This document shows, one piece after another, positions 1 through 9,282 of a stretch of DNA of 64,000 nt. Location of the stretch: NCBI GenBank assembly GCA_964360675.1, contig CAYHXT010000001.1, positions 10,491 to 74,490 of the forward strand, written 5' to 3'. The position numbers and the translations under genes are program-made. The notes under the pieces were generated by a model that was not told the DNA's origin, searched no databases, and saw only the letters and a list, made by a program, of their open reading frames with translations. Position 1 is the stretch's first letter. Each line of letters begins with the position of its first letter. Source of the DNA: an uncultured Methanosarcinales archaeon. GTDB taxonomy: Archaea; Nanobdellota; Nanobdellia; Woesearchaeales; GW2011-AR9.

Positions 1-36
1 AGCAGGACGGTTCTTATACTTGCGTCTTTAACTGAG

Positions 37-1995
37 TCAGTTGACTTTCAATGCCACGGCATTATCGCCTATTTTTGCAACAGTTGTGAAGTAGCCCGAG
101 TTAAGTATATCCTGATATTTTTGGTTCATAATTTCTTCGGGATTTTCAACAGGTAATTTTTCGCTTAAGTGGCGGTAATCCATGGGGCCATTCAGAATAA
201 GATATTCATATCCGTTAGATTTAAGGAAAACGTATAGCTCTTCAGCATCTTTGTCCATTATATCCTCGCGGAAATCAATCACTTCCTGGCACCAGACGCA
301 GCTGAATTTTCCATACCCGATAACTAATTTATCTCTTGGCGCAAAAGTAAATACTTTGGTGTTGTCAGGAATAGTATCAAACCAGGCAGCGTATTGGAAT
401 GGTTCAGAAGAGTCAGTGAATGATCCGGATGTCGGCCAGATGGAGGTGTTGACCTGATATTTCTGGAGGCCGGAAGTAAAAGCAATGCTGATTAAAACTA
501 AACATAAAAAGCCATACTTTAAGGTTTTTGAATTAATCCGGTCTTTAATAAGATATGTTCCTTCAGCAGCCACTAACGATACTGCAATGGCTAAGATCAT
601 CCAGGACCTGAATGCGCCCCTGGCGACAGAGATCGGAAAATTAAGGCCGTTGACTGCCCAAAAAGTAAAGATTAACCAAAATAAAATTAAGCTACGCCAG
701 CCATTCTCTTTTTGTACAATGTTTGATTTGTATTTCCATATAATAAATATTACACCAGCTAAAGTAAGCAATGAGAGGGCAACACCTATGCCGATAGGAT
801 TATTAATCATGTTTTGGCCTTTCGCAAAAAAGAAATCACTAAAACTATAAGTTCTGGAAGCGGTTCCTCCCGGATTGGTAAAAGTTTGCCAAGCAGAAAC
901 AATGAATTTCATAGGTTCAAATCCGGTTCCGCCGGATGAAGAAAGTACTATGGTATCTCCCTGATTAATAACGTCTCCACCGTAATAAGCTAAAAACTTT
1001 TTGAATCCATATTTGTTGATAATAACTGCCCACCAAGCGAATGAAACAGCAATGCCGCTACAAAGCGCAGCAAGGTGTTTCCATAAGAATTTTCTATATG
1101 CTAAAGAAAATACTAAGACATAAATCAGAGCCATGGTAGCTAATTTAATCGGCTGTTCAAAGTTTTGAGTAACCCAGATACTGGCAGTAATAATTCCAGC
1201 AATAAAAAGCCATTTTTTATCTTCAAGGCCTTTATGAAAAGCATACATGAATGGAAAGAAAAGAGCGATTACCAATGAATGAGCCCAAATAAAGTGGCTA
1301 AGATAAGATGGGATCATGGCTAATATGGCAGTCGCTAACAAAGCTTTAATCCTATTTTCCATCAGCAGCTGAGCAAAAAGGTAAAAGAAAATAAATCCCA
1401 GTGAAATGATTAAAGCATTAAAGAACTTAAGAGTCCATCGTAAATCAGGCGAGGTCTGATGAAGTATGCCCATAAGGATGTCATATGCCGGCGGATAAGG
1501 ATCGATGTAAGATAAAACAATATCTATGTCTCTATCAGGGCTTTTAATATCGGGATCATATGCATTTTTTTCTAAGGCAACATATTTTGCCCCAACTGCG
1601 TGGCCCCAAGGGTCTTCATCTTCTAAATAAGGATATCCAAAGGCGCCTTTGGCGTAAATGTAAAAAGAAAGAGCCGCGATAATGATCACTGCTAAGATGA
1701 CCATGTCTGATTTTTTTATGTGTGGCTTAGGGATTGAAAATTCTTTTCTCTTTATTTTTCTGGCAAAATAATAAACTGGAAATGCTATACTTAATATAAA
1801 TATGATTTTCCAATCTAATGTGATATGAAAGAAGTTTAAAAGAATGAAAATAATAGGTAATATGCCTAAGCCTATTGCTAGATTAAGCAGATGTTTTTCT
1901 ATGCCATTCTCAGGTTTTTTAAGAAGATGGGTTGCAGTAAAACCTATTCCCCAGCAGTATGCAAAAAAAAGTAAAATAGTGATATAACTTATCAT
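37..1995 (-). CDS. GT-C superfamily membrane glycosyltransferase (ArnT / dolichyl-phosphate-mannose protein mannosyltransferase-like), 652 aa
   Basis: Translation shows about 10 or more hydrophobic helices in the N-terminal 450 aa and a C-terminal soluble domain. This is the general architecture of ArnT/PMT-family GT-C enzymes. Two further paralogs sit at 2042-3529 and 33730-35484. Confidence 0.5.
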   Translation of the reverse strand: MISYITILLFFAYCWGIGFTATHLLKKPENGIEKHLLNLAIGLGILPIIFILLNFFHITLDWKIIFILSIAFPVYYFARKIKRKEFSIPKPHIKKSDMVILAVIIIAALSFYIYAKGAFGYPYLEDEDPWGHAVGAKYVALEKNAYDPDIKSPDRDIDIVLSYIDPYPPAYDILMGILHQTSPDLRWTLKFFNALIISLGFIFFYLFAQLLMENRIKALLATAILAMIPSYLSHFIWAHSLVIALFFPFMYAFHKGLEDKKWLFIAGIITASIWVTQNFEQPIKLATMALIYVLVFSLAYRKFLWKHLAALCSGIAVSFAWWAVIINKYGFKKFLAYYGGDVINQGDTIVLSSSGGTGFEPMKFIVSAWQTFTNPGGTASRTYSFSDFFFAKGQNMINNPIGIGVALSLLTLAGVIFIIWKYKSNIVQKENGWRSLILFWLIFTFWAVNGLNFPISVARGAFRSWMILAIAVSLVAAEGTYLIKDRINSKTLKYGFLCLVLISIAFTSGLQKYQVNTSIWPTSGSFTDSSEPFQYAAWFDTIPDNTKVFTFAPRDKLVIGYGKFSCVWCQEVIDFREDIMDKDAEELYVFLKSNGYEYLILNGPMDYRHLSEKLPVENPEEIMNQKYQDILNSGYFTTVAKIGDNAVALKVN

Positions 1996-2041
1996 TTTTA
2001 GCTTTTAGATAGCATGGTTATTTAAGTTTATCTCTATCCAG

Positions 2042-3529
2042 TCATTCAGATTTAAATTTATACACCTTGATATCTTTAAATTCATGTTGTTCGATAAGCG
2101 TATATCTGGAGCGTAGAAGATCTTTGTAATAATCTTCAGTTCCTTGATTTCTCGTAAGGACTAACCAAAAATAACTTTCTTGATCGGTAATGGAGAATAA
2201 CTTTCCCGGTTCTATCTTCCAGAGGGGCTGTCCGCGAGGCAACTTGGTAAGAGCCACATAACGCGGTTCAGAATCAGAATAATAAGTCAGTAGAGATGAA
2301 CTAGTCAAACCTCCACGGTCTAATAAAATTAATGGCCCATCATTGGAATTTTGCCCGATAAATGATGTCGCTAGATCCCATTCAGGTTTTGTAGTTTCAG
2401 TATAATATGCCGTCAATGCGAAAGCATTGGTGATCAAAAGAATACTGAAGGCAGCCATCGCTATTTTTTTGGATGAAATCCTAATGATGTGGTAAGAAAA
2501 AAATAGGTAAAAAAGCGGTGCTATCAGGAAAGAATGCCTAATCAAGAAATAAGAATGGATTATGGGACTACGAAATATCGGCAAGCCGAATATGGAAAGA
2601 GGATAAAGCGAGAGGTACATGTAACCTATTGAAAATAGAATCACCACATATAAGAACCATTCTTGCGGTAATTTATGATCCCTGAAAAATGCTTTCATCT
2701 TCTTTCTGCAGAGCAAGGCAAGAATCATCAAAAACATACCTGAAAGGAGCGGCAGAGCAAACATGAATAATCCTAATTTGGCGATAAATGAGGGAACACC
2801 AAAACTGGCGAAAGTTTTGCCTGCGCCGTTTCCAATAGAAGCTAATTGTTTTTGTATGAGTGGAATGAGGGGTATGGAAAATATTAACACTAGGGCATTG
2901 ACTTTGATCCAGCGTTGAAAACCAGTTTTAGAATCTTTTTCCCAGTTCCACAACCAGAAAAATGTATATCCGGCTATCAGGAAACCAGTTAAATAATTAG
3001 TATACATCGCAGTAAGAATAACAAAAAAATAAAAAAGGTAATGTTTAATGGCCAGTTTATTATTGTTTTCATTTCGGTAAATTTTAATGAATAAATAAGT
3101 CGCCAGCAGAGAAAGTAAAGTGTACATAGCATAAAGTCTTGTTTCTCGGGAATAAAGGACCTGAAGCATAGATGTCGCTAATAGTAAAGAAGAAACTAAG
3201 CCCACTTTTTTTCCGAATAGCAGATTGCCAAGATAAAACATAATTATAATGGAAATAGTCCCAAAGATGACTGAAAGCATGCGCGTTGAAAACTCGCTGA
3301 TACCAAATGCTTTTACCCAATAATGAAGCAGAAGATAATGGCCGAAGGGAGCCCCTTCATACTGTCCGACTTTCTCAATAACTTCTATCGGGTTTTTTTC
3401 TTGCGCATGATTGACAGTGATGATCTCATCCATCCAGTAGTTTTCCTTCTCAAGGTCATGGAGGCGGAGCAAGAATCCGAATAATACTATTGCAAAGAGG
3501 ATGAAAAGGTATGATTTGCTTGATTTCAT
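2042..3529 (-). CDS. GT-C superfamily membrane glycosyltransferase (ArnT/PMT-like), 495 aa
   Basis: Polytopic membrane protein with an early periplasmic-loop acidic motif (WMDE) of the kind seen in ArnT/PMT-family enzymes. It lies in tandem with the preceding GT-C gene. Confidence 0.5.
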   Translation of the reverse strand: MKSSKSYLFILFAIVLFGFLLRLHDLEKENYWMDEIITVNHAQEKNPIEVIEKVGQYEGAPFGHYLLLHYWVKAFGISEFSTRMLSVIFGTISIIIMFYLGNLLFGKKVGLVSSLLLATSMLQVLYSRETRLYAMYTLLSLLATYLFIKIYRNENNNKLAIKHYLFYFFVILTAMYTNYLTGFLIAGYTFFWLWNWEKDSKTGFQRWIKVNALVLIFSIPLIPLIQKQLASIGNGAGKTFASFGVPSFIAKLGLFMFALPLLSGMFLMILALLCRKKMKAFFRDHKLPQEWFLYVVILFSIGYMYLSLYPLSIFGLPIFRSPIIHSYFLIRHSFLIAPLFYLFFSYHIIRISSKKIAMAAFSILLITNAFALTAYYTETTKPEWDLATSFIGQNSNDGPLILLDRGGLTSSSLLTYYSDSEPRYVALTKLPRGQPLWKIEPGKLFSITDQESYFWLVLTRNQGTEDYYKDLLRSRYTLIEQHEFKDIKVYKFKSE

Positions 3530-3783
3530 GTATTTTAGGCTTGCTTTCCGGGGTTATATAAATTTTATTAAATAGGGTGCTTCATAATTCACAAATCTTT
3601 TAAATGAAATCAATTTGGTCTTACTATAACTTCAGATCAACTGAATGAAAAACAAACGCAGCATGGAGCACAAAGAAGTGGTAGCCGGTATTATTGAAAG
3701 TAATAATAAGACCAGAGACTAAATTGGAGTCTAAGAACGGCGATTGCCCATAGAAAAAGCATTGTTGAGGTATACAATTAAAG

Positions 3784-4497
3784 ATGGAAACATTCTACGA
3801 CCGATATAATTTTCCAGATGGAGGGGAGAAAAGAAAGGACTGTTGGAAAAAGCATTTAGCGAAGCATTTAGATTTTGATTCTTTAAAAAATAAAACGGTT
3901 TTAGATGTCGGCTGTGGAACTGGGACCATGAGCAAAATACTTTATGGTGCGGGAGCAGATATATATGCAATAGACCTGAGCAGAAAATCAATAGAATCTG
4001 TCAATAAAGCTTATCCGGAAATAAAAGCTAAAGTCGGCGATGCTCTTCACCTTGATTTTCCAGATAATCATTTCGATATTGTCATAAGCATTGGTGTGCT
4101 ACACCATACCCCTGACACTCACAAAGGTTTTGAAGAGTGTGTTAGAGTAACCAAATCTAAAGGACAATGTATCATAATGCTTTATTCTAAATGGCACTAC
4201 TACCCTCTGATATATAAATCATTTAAATTGTTTAGACAAAATAAAAAACCAGAAGATATGCCCAGATGGTTCATTAAATCTATCAAGAGATTTACAGAGT
4301 TCTATTACAAAGAGCCAAGAGATGATCAAGATGCAGTTCATCTAATTGCAGACCAGCTCTTCACTCCAATAGCTAAATTTCATTCAGAATTCGAGATAAA
4401 GAAATATATTAGGGAGATGGAATGCGAACTCATTTCAACATCAACTACATTTTTAGGGCAGCACAAAATATATAACTTATTAAAAAAAAAAGGTTAA
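3784..4497 (+). CDS. class I SAM-dependent methyltransferase
   Basis: Motif I VLDVGCGTG and an acidic motif II (IYAIDLS) are present. Length is 237 aa. Confidence 0.7.
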   Translation: METFYDRYNFPDGGEKRKDCWKKHLAKHLDFDSLKNKTVLDVGCGTGTMSKILYGAGADIYAIDLSRKSIESVNKAYPEIKAKVGDALHLDFPDNHFDIVISIGVLHHTPDTHKGFEECVRVTKSKGQCIIMLYSKWHYYPLIYKSFKLFRQNKKPEDMPRWFIKSIKRFTEFYYKEPRDDQDAVHLIADQLFTPIAKFHSEFEIKKYIREMECELISTSTTFLGQHKIYNLLKKKG

Positions 4498-4501
4498 ATA
4501 T

Positions 4502-5251
4502 TTGAACTTTATGATTACGTCTCAACGAGTGTCCATAGTAATTCCTTGTTATAATGAAGAAGAATCCATCCTAAACTTAACAAACCAGCTAAATTCCGCA
4601 GTAGCTGATTTAGAAAAAGATTACGAAACGGAACTTATTTTTGTTGATGACGGTTCTAAAGATAAAACTTACGAGCTTCTTAATAGCCATTATGAAAAAA
4701 ATAAGAATGTTAAAATAATCAAGCATGAAAGAAATTACAATCTGGGGGCTGCTTTAAGGACCGCGTTTAAATTTTCAACTGGAGACATCATCGTTCCATT
4801 AGATTGCGACTGTACTTTTCCTCCGGGAAAAATCAGAAATCTTCTTGAATTGTTGGACGAAGAAACCGATATTGTAAATGCTTCTCATTATCATCCACAG
4901 GGGACTTTAGATGATGTTCCGCTTTACCGGCGCATATTAAGCAAAACCGTTTCAGAAATGTACCGAGCGGTCTTAGGAAGAAGGGATATCTATACTTACA
5001 CCGGCATCTTTAGAGCTTACAAAAAAAATGTTCTGGAAAATATTAAATTTAAATCTAATGGGTTCCTTTGCAGCGCCGAGATATTAAGCTATGCTATTCT
5101 GAAAGGATATAAAATTAAAGAGTACCCCACCACCCTTTACACCAGGCAATATGGAAAATCAAGCATAAAATTATTCCGGGTAGTGATGAGCCATCTTAAC
5201 TTCATTTTCAAGTTAACTTATATCAAACTATTGAAACAAAAAAACCAATGA
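4502..5251 (+). CDS. GT2 family glycosyltransferase (DPM1/ArnC-like polyprenyl-phosphate sugar synthase type)
   Basis: N-terminus VSIVIPCYNEEESI, an FVDDGSKD motif and a DxD-like LDCD motif. Soluble, 249 aa. Confidence 0.7.
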   Translation: MNFMITSQRVSIVIPCYNEEESILNLTNQLNSAVADLEKDYETELIFVDDGSKDKTYELLNSHYEKNKNVKIIKHERNYNLGAALRTAFKFSTGDIIVPLDCDCTFPPGKIRNLLELLDEETDIVNASHYHPQGTLDDVPLYRRILSKTVSEMYRAVLGRRDIYTYTGIFRAYKKNVLENIKFKSNGFLCSAEILSYAILKGYKIKEYPTTLYTRQYGKSSIKLFRVVMSHLNFIFKLTYIKLLKQKNQ

Positions 5252-6342
5252 AAATTGCTATTGTGGTTGGGACTCGTCCGGAAATAATCAAAATGAGCCC
5301 CATAATCAGATATTGTACTAATAATCAATTTGATTTTTTCATCATACATACGGGTCAACATTATTCTTATAATATGGATAAAATTCTTTTTGAAGAATTA
5401 GGCCTACCCGAAGCCAAATATCATTTGGAAGCCGGTTCGGGTTCCCATGGCAGACAGACGGCGGCAATCTTGGATCGGATAGAAGAAGTTTTAGTAAAAG
5501 AAAATCCGTATATCGTTTTAGTTGAGGGCGACACCAATGGTGTTCTTGCAGGAGCTCTAGCGGCATCCAAATTGCATATTAAAGTTGGGCATATAGAAGC
5601 CTGTTTGCGCAGTTACGATAATCTTATGCCTGAAGAAATAAACCGGGTTATAGCAGATCATACGGCTAATTACTTGTTCGCACCCACAGAAGATTCTAAA
5701 ATAAACGGATTAAAGGAAAATATTCCTGAACATAAAATATTTGTTACCGGCAATACCATCGTCGATGCCGTTTTTCAGAATATTAAATTAGCAGAACGCA
5801 GGGAAGATATTTTTAACAAACTGGGAACTAAAAAAAATGAGTATATTTTACTAACCCTGCATAGGCAGGAAAATGTAGATGATCAGAAAAGATTAAAAGA
5901 GATTCTTTTGGGATTAAAGTTGCTTTATCGGGAACTAAACCTAAATATTATTTATCCCATCCATCCGCGTGCGGAAAAAATGCTAAAAACTTTCAATTTA
6001 GAAATACCTGAAGGTTTAATTTTGGTTCCCCCCGCAAGTTTTCTCGATTTCCTTAATTTGGAAAAGAATGCCCGGTTAATTCTCACCGATTCAGGCGGTG
6101 TGCAAGAGGAAGCCTGCATATTAAAAGTTCCTTGCGTAACTTTAAGATACAACACTGAAAGGCCAGAGACTTTAAGAGTAGGGAGTAACATCCTTGCAGG
6201 AACGGATCCTCTAAAAATAGTTGAATGCAGCAAAAAAATGATTGCCGTCACGAAAGATTGGGAAAATCCTTTCGGCAACGGCCAAGCGACTGAAGAGATT
6301 ATGAGAATCATATCATCACAATACGTACCAAAAGAACCCTAA
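5248..6342 (+). CDS. wecB: UDP-N-acetylglucosamine 2-epimerase (non-hydrolysing)
   Basis: N-terminus MKIAIVVGTRPEIIKMSPII, followed by HTGQHY, and 364 aa length are hallmarks of this family. Its ATG overlaps the upstream stop (ATGA). Confidence 0.85.
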   Translation: MKIAIVVGTRPEIIKMSPIIRYCTNNQFDFFIIHTGQHYSYNMDKILFEELGLPEAKYHLEAGSGSHGRQTAAILDRIEEVLVKENPYIVLVEGDTNGVLAGALAASKLHIKVGHIEACLRSYDNLMPEEINRVIADHTANYLFAPTEDSKINGLKENIPEHKIFVTGNTIVDAVFQNIKLAERREDIFNKLGTKKNEYILLTLHRQENVDDQKRLKEILLGLKLLYRELNLNIIYPIHPRAEKMLKTFNLEIPEGLILVPPASFLDFLNLEKNARLILTDSGGVQEEACILKVPCVTLRYNTERPETLRVGSNILAGTDPLKIVECSKKMIAVTKDWENPFGNGQATEEIMRIISSQYVPKEP

Positions 6343-6532
6343 AATCATAGGATCTGCCTTCCCCGGTAGCAATATGCTCCCATCGCCACACTTGAATTAC
6401 TAATCTTAATTTCCATAAATAAAATAAAGGGGTGCTGATAATAAGCACAAATAAACCCAGTTAAATCTTATTTAGCTAATCAAAAGAACAGGTGAATAAA
6501 TTACAAAAATAATGCGGTGGAGGGAAAATTAA

Positions 6533-8272
6533 ATGTATATCTTAGGAATAAGCGATAGTCATGATGCTGGAGCGGCTCTTATAAAAGATGGGAAAATCAT
6601 CGCAGCTGTAAGTGAAGAGAGATTATGCCGGGAAAAATTCGCTTACGGCTTTCCTTTTAAATCCATAAAAGAAGTATTAAGGATAGTTGCCATTCGAAAA
6701 GAAGATATCTCTCATATAATCAAGGGCGGTTTGCCTTACCCCTACCTATATTCGTTTTACAACACCCGCAGAAATGGAAATAACCGCCACCTTCCAGAAA
6801 TAAAATTGGATGAGATTTACAACTCTTCTTTGTTTCATCGGACCTTCATTAATATTCTTAAAAAAAGAAAAGTTTATTCTATTCAGGAACTTAACGAATT
6901 CAAAAAGATCCGCGGTTTTAATAATGCCAGTGGCAGTTTGACAAAAAGTTCTTTACGGAAATTAGGCTTAAGGCAAAAAATTTATTTTCTAGACCACCAT
7001 TATTCTCATCTAGCTTCGGCATTTTATACTTCCGGTTTTAAAAAATCATTGATCTTTTCACTTGATTTTTCCGGCGATAACAAGTCTGGGATGGTGGGGG
7101 TAGGAGCAAAAACAAAAATTGATGTCGTTGAAGCCTTAGATGCCCAAAATTCTGTCGGCTGTTTTTATGGTTTCATAACCAAAGGGCTGGGGTTTAAATT
7201 AAATCGTCATGAGGGGAAAATCGTCGGCCTGGCCGCTTATGGCGACCCGGAAAAATTGTACCTGCAGTTCAAAAGATTCATTAAGCATCATCAATCCAGA
7301 ATTATCGTTAAAAACAGGTATCAATTATTGGCTCTCGCAGAAAAACTAAAAAACAAAGAAGCTAAAAATGTTGCCTCAACCGCCCAGAGATTATTAGAAG
7401 AAGTTACCGTAAATTGGGTGAAATTCTTCATTGAAAAATATAAAATTTACGATTTAGTTTTAACCGGGGGGGTTTTTGCCAATGTAAAACTAAACCAAAG
7501 AATCCTAGAAATTGAAGGCGTCAAAAACTTATGGATTTTCCCAAACATGGGCGACGGCGGTTTAGCTGCCGGCGCAGCTTTAGAACTTTATCACCGATTA
7601 AACAAGAATACTAAAACGTACCGGTTGCAACACGTTTACCTAGGCTCTAATTTTAGTAATGGACAGATTGAAAAAGAATTAAAAAAATTAAAAGTGAATT
7701 ACATTTACCACCAAGGCATTGAAAAAATTATTGCCCGGCTGGTCAGCCAGGGAAAAGTTGTCGCTAGATTTAACGGCGCAATGGAATACGGGCCCCGGGC
7801 GCTAGGAAACCGCTCGATCATTTACGAAGCCAAGGACCCATCTGTGAACAAATGGCTGAATGAGAGGCTGAACAGAACCGAATTTATGCCTTTTGCGCCA
7901 GCAACGTTATTTGAAGATCGAAGTAAATGTTATAAAAACATCAACGGTGCTGAACATTCAGCAGAATTCATGGCCATTACTTTTGAATGTACAGATTACA
8001 TGAAAAAAAACAGCCCCGCCGCAGTTCACGTCGATGGAACCGCCAGACCACAATTAGTCAAGAAAGAAATTAACCCGAGTTTTTATAAAATCATTCAAGA
8101 ATATAAAAAAATAGCTAAAATACCAACATTGATCAATACCAGCTTTAATATGCATGAAGAACCAATAGTATGCAGCCCTTTTGACGCTATCAGATCATTT
8201 CAACAAGGTAATTTGGATTATTTGGCTATTGGCAATTTCTTAGTGCATAATACTTTAGCCAGCAAAAAGTAA
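6533..8272 (+). CDS. NodU/CmcH-family O-carbamoyltransferase
   Basis: N-terminus MYILGISDSHDAGAALIKDGKIIAAVSEERLCREK is the signature of the carbamoyltransferase N-domain. Length is 579 aa with a C-terminal YrdC-like part. An SD (GGAGGG) sits 8 nt upstream. Confidence 0.8.
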   Translation: MYILGISDSHDAGAALIKDGKIIAAVSEERLCREKFAYGFPFKSIKEVLRIVAIRKEDISHIIKGGLPYPYLYSFYNTRRNGNNRHLPEIKLDEIYNSSLFHRTFINILKKRKVYSIQELNEFKKIRGFNNASGSLTKSSLRKLGLRQKIYFLDHHYSHLASAFYTSGFKKSLIFSLDFSGDNKSGMVGVGAKTKIDVVEALDAQNSVGCFYGFITKGLGFKLNRHEGKIVGLAAYGDPEKLYLQFKRFIKHHQSRIIVKNRYQLLALAEKLKNKEAKNVASTAQRLLEEVTVNWVKFFIEKYKIYDLVLTGGVFANVKLNQRILEIEGVKNLWIFPNMGDGGLAAGAALELYHRLNKNTKTYRLQHVYLGSNFSNGQIEKELKKLKVNYIYHQGIEKIIARLVSQGKVVARFNGAMEYGPRALGNRSIIYEAKDPSVNKWLNERLNRTEFMPFAPATLFEDRSKCYKNINGAEHSAEFMAITFECTDYMKKNSPAAVHVDGTARPQLVKKEINPSFYKIIQEYKKIAKIPTLINTSFNMHEEPIVCSPFDAIRSFQQGNLDYLAIGNFLVHNTLASKK

Positions 8273-8310
8273 AAAAATAGTAGATCATAAAACCGTAATA
8301 AATAACCCAG

Positions 8311-9201
8311 ATGAAAAAAATTCCTAAAATAATCATTGCCATTCCCGCGTACAACGAAGAAAAAACTCTTCCTTTTGTTCTGCAGGAGATAACTGATGTT
8401 ATGAGAAATACCGCATATAACTATCAAATTTTAGTGTTGGATGATGGTTCGCGAGACCACACTGTTGAAGTTGCAAAATCTTACGATGCAGTAGTTGTTT
8501 CAAACCGCAGAAATATGGGGTTAGCAGAGACTTTCAGGGTAGAAATGAGGGAATGTTTACGCTTAGGGGCGGATATAATTGTCCATACCGATGCAGACGG
8601 CCAATACCATTCTAAACATATTCCGGAATTAATCCAAAAAGTTGAACAAGGGTGCGATTTAGTTTTAGGGAGCAGATTTAAGGGAAAAATAGAAAGCATG
8701 TCTCTCTTAAAGCAATTGGGAAATATTGCCTTTGCAGAAGTATTAAGTTCCCTCACCAAAGTGCGTATAACCGACTCAACTACGGGGTTCAGGGCATTTA
8801 CAGCTGAAGTTGCCAGAAATATAAATTATATTAACACTTTTACCTACACCCAGGAGCAGATCATCAAAGCTTCTAAGCAGGGTTTTAGAATAGCTGAAAT
8901 CCCCATCACTGCCAGAAAAACACGAGAAAGCAGGTTATTTAAGAATCCGTTTCAGTTTGCTTGGAGAGCCTGGATTAATATCTTTAGGATTTATCGTGAT
9001 TACGAACCTCTGATGTTTTTTGGAAGAATCGGCTTTGTGTTTCTTTCTTTTGGCGGGATAGTCGGGTTATGGTTAATATACAGATTTATTACTCTTGGAT
9101 CAGTTGGAAGATATCCCTCCACCATATTAAGCGCGTTACTTATAATGGTGGGGGTGCAAATAATATTATTTGGTTTCTTGGCTGATATGTTGCATAAATA
9201 A
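8311..9201 (+). CDS. GT2 glycosyltransferase with C-terminal TM helices (DPM1/GtrB-like polyprenyl-phosphate sugar transferase)
   Basis: IIIAIPAYNEEKTL and VLDDGSRD motifs. The C-terminal 70 aa is hydrophobic (two TM), typical of GtrB/ArnC. Confidence 0.75.
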   Translation: MKKIPKIIIAIPAYNEEKTLPFVLQEITDVMRNTAYNYQILVLDDGSRDHTVEVAKSYDAVVVSNRRNMGLAETFRVEMRECLRLGADIIVHTDADGQYHSKHIPELIQKVEQGCDLVLGSRFKGKIESMSLLKQLGNIAFAEVLSSLTKVRITDSTTGFRAFTAEVARNINYINTFTYTQEQIIKASKQGFRIAEIPITARKTRESRLFKNPFQFAWRAWINIFRIYRDYEPLMFFGRIGFVFLSFGGIVGLWLIYRFITLGSVGRYPSTILSALLIMVGVQIILFGFLADMLHK

Positions 9202-9282
9202 TTATTTGCCTTATACTCAGTTTAATAATATTTAAAAACTATTTAAAGACTATTTCAGCAATAGTTTTATCGGTGCAAATAC

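Noticed and set aside
182-850. ORFs 182-457 (+) and 485-850 (+) on the strand opposite the 652-aa GT-C gene
   Set aside because: They are fully embedded antisense in a long, well-supported membrane-protein CDS. They have low-complexity translations and no SD. They are almost certainly shadow ORFs. The same applies to 3084-3320, 9900-10134, 11388-11816, 12310-12594, 32992-33423, 36263-36530, 49767-50084 and similar track entries.
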